Part shown: positions 56,610-64,000 of the stretch, piece after piece
Layout: the number at the start of each line of letters is the position of its first letter
Position numbering within the stretch: position 1 is the first letter of the stretch
DNA from: an uncultured delta proteobacterium
GTDB lineage: Bacteria > Desulfobacterota > Binatia > Binatales > Binataceae
Assembly (NCBI GenBank): GCA_963794325.1
Contig: CAWCDG010000004.1
Location: 741,345 to 805,344, forward strand
Length of the DNA stretch: 64,000 nt
Direction of reading: 5' to 3'
Notes under the pieces: generated by a model
The model's input: only the letters and a program-made list of their open reading frames with translations
Told to the model about the DNA's origin: nothing
Databases searched by the model: none
Made by a program: the position numbers and the translations under genes

Positions 56610-58102
56610 ACGCAGACTCTCCCCGCATCCAGCCGCCACTCGATACTCGTGCATCTGCGCGCCAGCGCATCGTCGTGCGTCACGATCACCATCGCGCCCG
56701 GATATTCGACCAGCGCTTCCTCGAGACGTTCGATCGCCGGCATGTCCAGATGATTGGTCGGCTCGTCGAGCACCATCGCCCACACCTGGCGCCCAAGCCC
56801 ATAGGCCATCGCGAGTTTGCGCGCTTCGCCGGGACTTGGCGCTGCGGATTCGAGCAGCCGATCAGGATCGATTCCCAGCGCGGCGACAAGTGTGAGCACG
56901 TGGCCGCGTTCATGCGGATTCAGTTCGCGGACCGCATCGAGCATCGCGACACCGTCGCGAGCGGTCAGTTCCTGGGGCAGATACAGAATGCGCTCCGCCG
57001 CGACACGCGCCCCGCGGATCATCGCGGCCAGCAAGGTAGTCTTGCCGATTCCATTGGGACCGGCGACGCGAATCTTCGCGTCTCGCAACACTGCTAGGTG
57101 GACCTCTTCGAGAATTCGCGCGTCGCCCGCGTAAATCGCAGCCTCGTCGAGCGTGAAAACCTTGGCCACCGCCGCCGCCACGTAATCGACGAAAATTGAG
57201 CGGCCCTTTGCCTTGCGGAATTTGTACTCGCCGATCTTTTCCGACACCCGATCGACGCTCGCCCGCAGCACCGCCGCGTCGCGCGAGATTCTCTCCGACG
57301 CCATCCGCGCCTTGCCCTTGGCGAGCATACTGGTCGCGTCATGATCGCCGCGAAACTTCATCCGCTTGCGGGTACCGGCATTTGCCTCCGCTTCCGCTGA
57401 CACCGCGAGCCGCCGCTTGTCCGCGAGCCTGTGTGCGAGATTCTCCCGCTGATGCTTCAGCCGTTCGTATTCCGCATAGCGCTCGCGCTCCTCGGCCTCC
57501 CACGCGCACTTCGCGTCGGAGTAGCCGCCGCGCCAGATCCGCGCCGTTCCGTCATGCACGCGCACGGTGTATCGCATGATCCGATCGAGCAGCGCGCGAT
57601 CGTGCGACACTATGATGCCGACGCCGCGAAAGCGCTCGAGGCCCTCGATCAACAGGTCGCGCGCCTCGACATCAAGATGGTCGGTCGGCTCATCGAGCAT
57701 CAGCACCGCGGGCTCGGCTCCCAGGGCCGCGCCGACTTGCCATCGCTTGCGCTCCCCAGGCGACAACGTCGGCCATCGCTCCAGTGAGAAACCGTCGAGC
57801 CGCAACTCGCCGTGGATTCGCCGCGCGACGCCATCGGTCGCGCGCGCGAACGCCGCAATCTCAGGCGTCATCGCTTCGACCGTCTGCGCGCACGCACGAA
57901 TCACTCCGCGCGGCGGATCGAGATTGACGTGACCGGCCGACGGCTCGAGCTCGCCTGCGATCAGTCGCAGCAACGTAGTCTTGCCCGCACCGTTGGGCCC
58001 GACCACTCCCGTCCATCCGGATGCGAGCGTGAGCGTGACGTCGTTAAGCGTGGAAACCGAATCGGTATATGAAAAAGAGAGACCTGAAAGTCGCACGAAC
58101 AT
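56600..58102 (-). CDS. ABC-F family ATPase (two fused ABC domains, no TM domain)
   Basis: The Walker A motifs are [10 protein letters not shown] and [10 protein letters not shown]. The signatures are LSPGERKR and PSPGEARK. The Walker B motifs are [11 protein letters not shown] and [11 protein letters not shown]. Confidence 0.85.
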   Translation of the reverse strand: MFVRLSGLSFSYTDSVSTLNDVTLTLASGWTGVVGPNGAGKTTLLRLIAGELEPSAGHVNLDPPRGVIRACAQTVEAMTPEIAAFARATDGVARRIHGELRLDGFSLERWPTLSPGERKRWQVGAALGAEPAVLMLDEPTDHLDVEARDLLIEGLERFRGVGIIVSHDRALLDRIMRYTVRVHDGTARIWRGGYSDAKCAWEAEERERYAEYERLKHQRENLAHRLADKRRLAVSAEAEANAGTRKRMKFRGDHDATSMLAKGKARMASERISRDAAVLRASVDRVSEKIGEYKFRKAKGRSIFVDYVAAAVAKVFTLDEAAIYAGDARILEEVHLAVLRDAKIRVAGPNGIGKTTLLAAMIRGARVAAERILYLPQELTARDGVAMLDAVRELNPHERGHVLTLVAALGIDPDRLLESAAPSPGEARKLAMAYGLGRQVWAMVLDEPTNHLDMPAIERLEEALVEYPGAMVIVTHDDALARRCTSIEWRLDAGRVCVSS

Positions 58103-58321
58103 AATAGCTGCTCCACAAAAACGCCCGCGCGCCGAAAAATTCGCACGAGCTGTTGTCCGAAGACACCAACGATGGAGTAGCTACTTCCGCACGCCTTCAA
58201 TCTCTCCTGTTCTGGAATGTAGTTGAAACTATCTGCACGACCGGCGCGAATCAATCACCGCCAGCTACGCTGATCCGCAATAGAATCGATTGTGACGGGA
58301 AGGGATTAGCGGAGAGGTTCG

Positions 58322-58783
58322 TCATTTCGCGCTCCCGGTCTGAGTCGCCTCCGGATTCGGAGCAATCTCCGGTTCCTTCACGCAACTCTGTATCTCACTC
58401 TGCGCCTGGTCCGTGTCCACCGGGTTGAGATGCGGGACTCCCGTCAGCCAGCCCCATCCAAGTTCTTCCCTGACGTAGTACGAGCGCCGCTCGGTGTCGA
58501 ATTCGACTTCGTCGGTCTGGTCCGTCGTCATGCTGCAAACGACCTTCTGCCCGGCTGGAACGATGAACGCATGATAGCCGCCCGGACCGATTCGCGCGGT
58601 GTCCTCGCCGCAGGTTACCGCCGGACGAAGCGCCGACGATCCATAACTGTACGGCCGATACACGTAGATCACGGCATTGCCCGGTGGCGACGAGATCTTT
58701 TCGAAAGGCGTCCCCTGCACGGCGCATCCGATTGCCGTGGACGCGATCACGCCGAGCATCAATAACAGCAGCCCGCGATTCAT
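58322..58783 (-). CDS. DUF2846-like lipoprotein
   Basis: The lipobox is LGVIASTAIGC. The segment NAVIYVYRP...GGYHAFIVPAGQ is typical of DUF2846. Confidence 0.55.
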   Translation of the reverse strand: MNRGLLLLMLGVIASTAIGCAVQGTPFEKISSPPGNAVIYVYRPYSYGSSALRPAVTCGEDTARIGPGGYHAFIVPAGQKVVCSMTTDQTDEVEFDTERRSYYVREELGWGWLTGVPHLNPVDTDQAQSEIQSCVKEPEIAPNPEATQTGSAK

Positions 58784-59385
58784 GGTCCAGCGGATGTAGC
58801 CGGAGCTTTTCCGGCGCTGCCGACAGCTTTCGCCAGCCGCGCTTCATCGCTGTAGATCTTCTGATCGATCCTTTGCCGCACTGCCGCGCGTGCAGCTTCG
58901 TCCACCTCGGCGTGGGTCACGTTGTGGTACATGTTGTACGACTCGGAGGCGTGCTCCTTGGCGGTGTAGTCGGCAAGAATCGTGTCGCCGTCGCTGATCG
59001 ACAAGGACGCAAACGCCGTGACGCCGATATCGCCGAGCGGAGCACCGATCAGGTTGGCCGGATCGAGCGCGGAAATTGCCAGCGGCACGTGATAGTCGTC
59101 GTGCGTCAATTCCTCGCGATAGGTGAACGTCACCGGCGAGCTATCCGCCAGGGACATCGCGATCGCCGGCGGCAGTTCATTGGGATCGCCGGAAAGCAGC
59201 TTGCCTTTGAACGGCAACGGATGAGCCGGCACATCGGCGACCTTGGGCGCAATCACCAGTTGCGCGTGCGATTGATCCGCGACCCCGGTTTGCGATTGCG
59301 ATTGCGCTTGGATCGATTGTTGGCTGCTACATCCGGACACGGCGATCGCAGCAAAAAGGACCGCGAGAACAAATTTATGTCTCAT
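58780..59385 (-). CDS. Hypothetical lipoprotein
   Basis: I take ATG 59385. The protein starts MRHKFVLAVLFAAIAVSGC (lipobox). There is a 4-nt overlap with the downstream lipoprotein gene. Confidence 0.55.
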   Translation of the reverse strand: MRHKFVLAVLFAAIAVSGCSSQQSIQAQSQSQTGVADQSHAQLVIAPKVADVPAHPLPFKGKLLSGDPNELPPAIAMSLADSSPVTFTYREELTHDDYHVPLAISALDPANLIGAPLGDIGVTAFASLSISDGDTILADYTAKEHASESYNMYHNVTHAEVDEAARAAVRQRIDQKIYSDEARLAKAVGSAGKAPATSAGP

Positions 59386-59447
59386 GACCTGGCGGCGCTG
59401 CTTCTCTAAGAATCTCGCCGCGCCGTATCCAGATGATATCAGAAAAC

Positions 59448-60128
59448 TCAGCGCTCCTTGACGATGCCGCTGGCGACATAAACCGTCCCGCCCAGCATTT
59501 GTTCGACCCCCAGCTCTTGCAAAATACCCTCGAGATGGCTCCACGGGCGCGCCAGACCCTCGAGCGTGCTGGTCGATCGCAACGCCGCGTTCCACACGAA
59601 TAGATTCAGCGGCATCGTGCGGACCGGCGCCCACTTGAGTCCGGCCGCGACCACCCGCGCGCCCGGCTTCAGATAGCTGACGACGTTGGCGAGCGCCTTC
59701 GGCGTGCGCATTATGTCGTGCGTAAAATGGAACAGCGCGGCATCGGCGGCAATCGGGATCGCAGCCTCCTCGACCGAAGCCGAGATCAACTCGACGTTCT
59801 TCCAGCTATTCTCCTCCGCCCGCGCACGCGCCCGCTCGAGCATCTCAGGACTCTGCTCGATTCCGACGATCGAGCCTGTAGGGCCGACCAGTCCTTCGAG
59901 AGCCGTGAAGCTAAGCCCAGTGCCGCATCCGACGTCCAAAACGCGATCGCCCTTCTTCAGCCCCAACCGATCGATCGCCTGATGTCGAATAGGCTCGAAC
60001 AACAACAGCTCGAGATCGTAGATCCGCGCGCGCGACCGATACTGCCGCAGCGCAGCCGACCGATTCGGCGTAAACAGCCGCGCAAATCTCTGAACCGGTT
60101 GCGATCGATCGTCAGGAGGATTGTCCAC
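59448..60128 (-). CDS. Class I SAM-dependent methyltransferase
   Basis: Motif I is VLDVGCGTGLS, followed by IVGIEQSPEML. Confidence 0.8.
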   Translation of the reverse strand: MDNPPDDRSQPVQRFARLFTPNRSAALRQYRSRARIYDLELLLFEPIRHQAIDRLGLKKGDRVLDVGCGTGLSFTALEGLVGPTGSIVGIEQSPEMLERARARAEENSWKNVELISASVEEAAIPIAADAALFHFTHDIMRTPKALANVVSYLKPGARVVAAGLKWAPVRTMPLNLFVWNAALRSTSTLEGLARPWSHLEGILQELGVEQMLGGTVYVASGIVKER

Positions 60129-60203
60129 GCTCGATGCCTCGCCCTACGAAATATCACGAAACCCCCGCGCCGTCGCGCTCGATTCCAGCGCCCTCACCCG
60201 TCG

Positions 60204-60447
60204 GACGACATGAATGTCGTCTGCCGACCTCTCCCGGTTTGCGGCTGGCGCCCGAGTCGCCAGCCGCGGGAGAGGTAATTCAAGATCCGGGATTCTTCGC
60301 TACGCTCTAGAATGACACAAAAAAATTCTAACAGGGGCGAAGCCCCGCATCTTGTCTTGATACCGGGTGCAGGGGTCACCCCTGCCGAAGGAAGCGTGAA
60401 ACCCACCGCGGGTTTCACTTTAAAATCAAGTGATTTACCCTTCCCCC
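60204..60447. repeat. Composite REP cluster
   Basis: It contains the hairpin GACGACA-tgaa-TGTCGTC and gacctctcccg..cgggagaggt. The unit agatccgggattcttcgctacgctctagaatgacac (60283-60320) is a copy of 30003-30038. A REP family 1 copy is also present (gcaggggtcacccctgc 60369-60385; gtgaaacccaccgcgggtttcac 60396-60418), followed by agtgatttacccttcccc. Confidence 0.75.
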
Positions 60448-60493
60448 CATGCTCGCCAGCGAGCCGCGCTCACTTACTAGCCAGGCGCCGCCT

Positions 60494-60940
60494 TCACATC
60501 CCCTTGCCGCTCATGCGCAGGCGGCGGCCAGTCAAACGAACCCCCGTGGTTTCATCGACTACCACCGGACGCACTTCGCGGCCCGTTTCGTTGTCGACCA
60601 GAATCACCGGCGGACCGTCTTCGCCCCATAGCCAGTCGCTGCCCCATCGCCACATCGCGGCCAGCACGTCCCAAAACGCCTTGCCCTTGTCCGTCAGCCG
60701 ATACTCGAAACGCGGAGGGCGATCCTCGTACGAGACTTTTTTCAGCAGCCCTTCATCGACCAGCCGATCGAGCCGCCGGGCGAGCACTGCGCGCGGGACT
60801 TTCAGCGCGCGCTGGAAATCCTCGAAGCGGCGGCGTCCCAGGAACGCCTCGCGCATCACGAGCGGCGTCCACCAATCGCCGACCAGGTCGGTGGTGCGCG
60901 CGATTGGGCACGGCCACTGATCGAACCGGGTTCGCCGCAT
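60494..60940 (-). CDS. HxlR-family transcriptional regulator
   Basis: CPIARTTDLVGDWWTPLVMREAFLGRRRFEDFQRALKVPRAVLARRLDRLVDEGLL is an HxlR wHTH. I take ATG 60940, which overlaps the upstream stop (TGATG). Confidence 0.85.
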   Translation of the reverse strand: MRRTRFDQWPCPIARTTDLVGDWWTPLVMREAFLGRRRFEDFQRALKVPRAVLARRLDRLVDEGLLKKVSYEDRPPRFEYRLTDKGKAFWDVLAAMWRWGSDWLWGEDGPPVILVDNETGREVRPVVVDETTGVRLTGRRLRMSGKGM

Positions 60941-63192
60941 CAGGCAACCGCCTCGATTCGCGCCGGCACGTGCTTGTGAAATGGCGTGCCCGCGAACCAG
61001 TCGCGATCCTCGGTCACCGTAAGCTCGTTCGGCGCGACCCCGTGCTGAAATTCCTGTCCTTCGCGGTCGGGGTACCACAGTCCCGTTCCGTTCGGCAGCG
61101 CGACGTGCCCAGGCAGCATCGTATCCGTCAGCTCGACCACACTCTCCGCGCTCGCACGCTTGGTCGTGATACGTACACGGCCGCCGCTTTGAACTCCAAG
61201 CGCGGCGGCGTCAGCCGGGTTCATCCAGAGCGCGCCCGCCGGATCCTTAGGACGCCAACCCGGATCGCGGATGATCGTGTTCGCGGTGCCGGATCGCCGC
61301 TGGCCCGCCGAGAGCACGAATGGAAATTCAGGATCGTGCGACGGCTGCTCGTCGCGCAGTGATTTGAGCTCAGGCATCAGCTCGCCGATAGTCAGATTGA
61401 TCTTATTGTCGTGAATTCTGCGCCAGGTTTCTTCGTATGAATCGACACTGACCACGACGCCCGATCGCTCTTTCAAAATCGCGTCGAACAGCGCGTTGCC
61501 GAGTGCCGGACCTTCTTCGATGAAGCCCGCGCGGCGCAACGACTCCGGATACCTGCGCGCGAAGTTTTGCGCGATACCGAACAGTGACGCCGCATTCTCG
61601 TTGCCCTTCCCCAGCGTCGGACCGAGAGTCTCATACAGCAGCACCGTTATTACTTCCCCCAGATGCGGCCGCTCGGACACGACTCGCATCAGCTCCATCG
61701 CGTAGGCGGCCCTGCCCTTGGCGGCCGCTGCGTGCAGAGGCGCAACGTCTTCATCGGTCATCGCGCCGATCGCGCGAACCAGCCGGCGATGGATTTCTCC
61801 CTCGGGCAGCGTTCCGGGAATCGGATCGAGAATCGGCGCGCGCAGCGTGAACGTATTCGCGTAGTCCGTCTCGGTATGGAACGCCGCGCCGAAGAAAGTC
61901 GCTTCCCATTTTTCGTACTGCGACGACGCCGGCAGCACGTAGTGCGCCTCACGCGCGCTCTCGCTCATCGCAACGTCGATGACCACGACAAATTCCAGCG
62001 CCCGCAGCGCCTCGCGCATCCGCGTGCTGTCGGCGACCGAGTGCGCGGGATTTTCGCTTTCAATGAGCATCGCGCGGAACCGCTTGGGATGGTCCGTCAG
62101 GATTTCATCGGGGATCACGTTGGCCGGGATCATTCCGCCGATGATGCGATGCCCGCCGACCGGACTGGTCTGCGATGACAGCGCTCCGCCGAACATCCCG
62201 GTCAGACTGGTTCCCGCATTCATGCCGCCGCGCTTCCCGACGTTCCCGGTCACCGCGAACAGAAGTTTCTCCAGGTATGAGTTGAGGGTGCTATGCAGCG
62301 ACTGCTCGATCCCTAAGTCTTCGTAAACCGAAACGCTCGACGCGCGCGCGATACGCCGGGCGACGTCGCGAACCAGCGCTTCGTCGAGGCCCGCCCGCGC
62401 ACAATAATCCGCCACCGGAACGTCGCTCAGCGCCGCGAACAGTTCGTCGCTGTTTTGCGTGCGATCGCGAATGTAGTCGTGACTGATCAGATCCTCTTGC
62501 ACCAGCACGCCGAGGATCGCTGAAAGACAGAACGCATCCGTGCCCGGACGCACTCTCAAATGGTAGTCGGCCATCTCCGCGGTCTCCGTGCGGCGCGGAT
62601 CGATCACGACGAGCGCGCGGTTTGGGTCTGCCGCAATGTCGCGGAGAATCGGACGCGCGCGCTGGAAGCCATGCGACTGCCATGGATTCTTGCCGACGAA
62701 TACCGCGACCTCCGCTTGCTGATAGCTTCCGCCGAGTCCCGTTCCGAAAAGCTGATGGTCCACCCAGAACTCGCCGGTCTTTTCCTGCGCAAGAGCGTTG
62801 GAGCTGAACACCGAACCAAGCGCGCGGCGCGTCGACGCACCATAACTGCCGCACAGATGATTGCCCTGTCCGCCGCCGCCGTAATAGAAGATGCTCGCGC
62901 CGCCGTGGGCATCCCGCACTTTCTTGAATCCCGTCGCGACCTCGGCAATCGCGGTGTCCCAATCGATTTCCTCGAAGCTGCCGTCGGGACGCCGCCGAAG
63001 CGGTGACGTCAGCCGGTCGCGCCCGTTCTGGTAGTAGTCGATTCGCTGCGCCTTCTCGCATGCGTAGCCCTTCGACGCGACGTGATCGCGATTTCCACGG
63101 ACCCGAGTGATGCGACGCCCGTCGAGTTTTACTTCCACGCCGCAGTTCACGCTGCACAGGATGCAAATAGTTTTCTGCCAGTCGTCGCTCAT
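60940..63192 (-). CDS. Molybdopterin-dependent oxidoreductase (MopB superfamily) with an N-terminal 4Fe-4S motif
   Basis: It reads CILCSVNCGV...NRDHVASKGYACEKAQ. The length (750 aa) and a C-terminal barrel-like segment (RVRITTKRASAESVVELTDTMLPGHVALP) fit the family. There is no in-frame stop. Confidence 0.8.
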   Translation of the reverse strand: MSDDWQKTICILCSVNCGVEVKLDGRRITRVRGNRDHVASKGYACEKAQRIDYYQNGRDRLTSPLRRRPDGSFEEIDWDTAIAEVATGFKKVRDAHGGASIFYYGGGGQGNHLCGSYGASTRRALGSVFSSNALAQEKTGEFWVDHQLFGTGLGGSYQQAEVAVFVGKNPWQSHGFQRARPILRDIAADPNRALVVIDPRRTETAEMADYHLRVRPGTDAFCLSAILGVLVQEDLISHDYIRDRTQNSDELFAALSDVPVADYCARAGLDEALVRDVARRIARASSVSVYEDLGIEQSLHSTLNSYLEKLLFAVTGNVGKRGGMNAGTSLTGMFGGALSSQTSPVGGHRIIGGMIPANVIPDEILTDHPKRFRAMLIESENPAHSVADSTRMREALRALEFVVVIDVAMSESAREAHYVLPASSQYEKWEATFFGAAFHTETDYANTFTLRAPILDPIPGTLPEGEIHRRLVRAIGAMTDEDVAPLHAAAAKGRAAYAMELMRVVSERPHLGEVITVLLYETLGPTLGKGNENAASLFGIAQNFARRYPESLRRAGFIEEGPALGNALFDAILKERSGVVVSVDSYEETWRRIHDNKINLTIGELMPELKSLRDEQPSHDPEFPFVLSAGQRRSGTANTIIRDPGWRPKDPAGALWMNPADAAALGVQSGGRVRITTKRASAESVVELTDTMLPGHVALPNGTGLWYPDREGQEFQHGVAPNELTVTEDRDWFAGTPFHKHVPARIEAVA

Positions 63193-63211
63193 AGCGGGCC
63201 TCCCTGTATCC

Positions 63212-63255
63212 AGTTCATCTAAAGAACTACATAGTTCAACAAGAGAATGAACTAT
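63212..63255. promoter_or_regulatory. Cluster of GTTCA/TGAAC inverted repeats upstream of the MopB-HxlR operon (candidate operator)
   Basis: AGTTC-atctaaa-GAACT lies at 63212-63228 and ATAGTTCA-N9-TGAACTAT at 63231-63255. The stretch is AT-rich and lies 20-60 nt upstream of ATG 63192. Confidence 0.35.
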
Positions 63256-63345
63256 CTTTCAATTCCACGCAATCGGAAAAAATTCGGCCCGCCGGGTTCA
63301 AATCACGATCTACGGCTCCTTCCTTCCGGCCGCACTGAGATGAAC

Positions 63346-63441
63346 TGGCGGAGGGGGGAGGGAGTCGAACCCTCCGGCAACAATATTAGCCGCCAAGCCG
63401 GTTTTGAAGACCGGTGGGGCCACCGGGCCCCTTCCTCCTCC
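63346..63441 (-). tRNA. selC: tRNA-Sec (anticodon UCA)
   Basis: The 96-nt RNA reads GGAGGAGG-AA-GGGGCC-CGGU-GGCCCC-A-CCGGU-CUUCAAA-ACCGG-(23-nt variable arm)-GAGGG-UUCGACU-CCCUC-CCCCCUCC-G-CCA. It has an 8-bp acceptor stem (one A-C mismatch), a 6-bp D stem with a 4-nt loop, a 5-bp T stem and a long variable arm. This is the bacterial tRNA-Sec 8/5 architecture. Confidence 0.85.
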
Positions 63442-63451
63442 AGCCCTTGTT

Positions 63452-63479
63452 TATTAAGGGGTTACAGCGATTTGCACAA
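63452..63479 (-). promoter_or_regulatory. Promoter candidate for selC (TTGTGC-N16-TTAATA on the minus strand)
   Basis: The -10 TTAATA (complement of 63452-63457) ends 10 nt upstream of the tRNA 5' end. The -35 TTGTGC is the complement of 63474-63479. Confidence 0.4.
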
Positions 63480-63620
63480 CCTGAGAATCGGCTCGAGTGC
63501 CACTTACTGCCCACAATTTTCGGATTCGGTTTTCCGCAAAGGTCAGAAGCATGTAGCCTTGGCGATTCCGCCGGAACCTTTTGAGACTCCTGGCTGCCTC
63601 GCTACCTTGGTGGTTTGGTA

Positions 63621-64000
63621 ATGCTCGCGCCTCCACGTCAAGAGCGCTATATCATCGAGCAGGTTTTCAGCGAGATGCATCCATCGGAAGATCAGCTCCG
63701 GATCATGATCGATACCATGCCCGCACTGGCATGGTCCTGTCTGCCCGATGGCGCCAATGAATTTACCAATAAGCGATGGCGCGATTATACCGGGCTTTCA
63801 CAGGTCGAAGCTCTCGGGTTGGGATGGCAACGGACATTTCATCCGGACGATTTGGGAAAGGTCATGGAGAATTGGCGCGCCGTTCAGGCTTCCGGAGAAC
63901 CGAGCGGGGCGGAAGCCCGCATGCGGCGGTTCGACGGAGAGTATCGCTGGTTCCTGATTCGTGCCGAACCGGTTCGCGACCAGCACGGTAACATCGTCAG
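63621..64000 (+). CDS. PAS-domain sensor protein, 5' part only (runs off the window)
   Basis: ATG 63621 opens an ORF that stays open to the end of the window. It reads MLAPPRQERYIIEQVFSEMHPSEDQLRIMIDTMPALAWSCLPDGANEFTNKRWRDYTGLS...GWQRTFHPDDL...RMRRFDGEYRWFLIRAEPVRDQHGNIV, a classic PAS fold pattern. It is absent from the ORF track because it has no stop. Confidence 0.7.
   Translation, partial: MLAPPRQERYIIEQVFSEMHPSEDQLRIMIDTMPALAWSCLPDGANEFTNKRWRDYTGLSQVEALGLGWQRTFHPDDLGKVMENWRAVQASGEPSGAEARMRRFDGEYRWFLIRAEPVRDQHGNIV

Noticed and set aside
58261-58323. A 20-codon ORF (MTNLSANPFPSQSILLRISV) about 160 nt upstream of the ABC-F gene, considered as a possible regulatory leader peptide like those of ARE ABC-F genes.
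   Set aside because: Its ATG is embedded in the stop region of the preceding lipoprotein gene, and it has no RBS. I found no convincing alternative terminator/antiterminator pairing. The T-run at about 58120 follows only a weak GC stem.
7741-60447. The possibility that the recurring palindromes form a CRISPR array.
   Set aside because: Copies are scattered across different intergenic regions, in both orientations, with irregular spacing. There are no unique spacers between evenly spaced direct repeats, and no cas genes are present.
60940-63192. The molybdopterin oxidoreductase next to selC as a selenoprotein.
   Set aside because: The ORF is uninterrupted, with no in-frame TGA. Its N-terminal region looks like a Cys-type MopB enzyme. 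Nothing in the sequence requires Sec decoding.
63247-63621. A 124-aa plus-strand ORF overlapping the selC region.
   Set aside because: It runs straight through the antisense of a well-formed tRNA-Sec and its promoter, and it has no RBS or motif.

Overview
This is a 64-kb, high-GC (about 60-65% by eye) chromosomal segment from a diderm bacterium. The diderm call rests on an RND pump, AsmA, an outer-membrane beta-barrel and lipoproteins. It is probably an uncultivated soil or sediment lineage, but I cannot place it taxonomically from sequence alone.

About 60 protein genes can be supported, and most are housekeeping or metabolic:
- rpoD and a family-B DNA polymerase with a beta-clamp motif.
- One intact etfBA operon, plus a second, frame-disrupted etfA/fixB-like gene at the left edge.
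- A membrane-anchored HdrD/EtfD-like Fe-S oxidoreductase.
- An mdtABC-like RND pump with a divergent TetR regulator.
- AsmA, an ABC-F ATPase, and a molybdopterin oxidoreductase co-transcribed with an HxlR regulator.
- vapBC, two epoxide-hydrolase paralogs, several aldo/keto reductases, VOC proteins and SAM methyltransferases.
- tRNA-Sec (selC), and a partial PAS sensor at the right edge.

I see no rRNA, CRISPR array, transposase or integrase. Intergenic spaces are filled with several related families of palindromic REP/MITE-like elements.

The most unusual content is:
1. A lower-GC islet (about 14.9-18.3 kb). It encodes three paralogous proteins of about 150 aa built from proline-punctuated helical repeats, plus a 505-aa bitopic coiled-coil membrane protein. 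I recognise none of them.
2. An ECF sigma/anti-sigma pair beside a duplicated 79-bp promoter-like module. The module precedes an HTH gene and a TAT-phosphoesterase/cupredoxin/DUF2231/OM-barrel operon.
3. Two tandem secreted proteins with 14-residue SGG-x-x-N-x-ASG repeats.
4. Two genes with apparent +1 frame disruptions.

All family assignments come from motifs I recognised by eye. No searches were run. Many long ORFs in the track are antisense artefacts of the high GC content.
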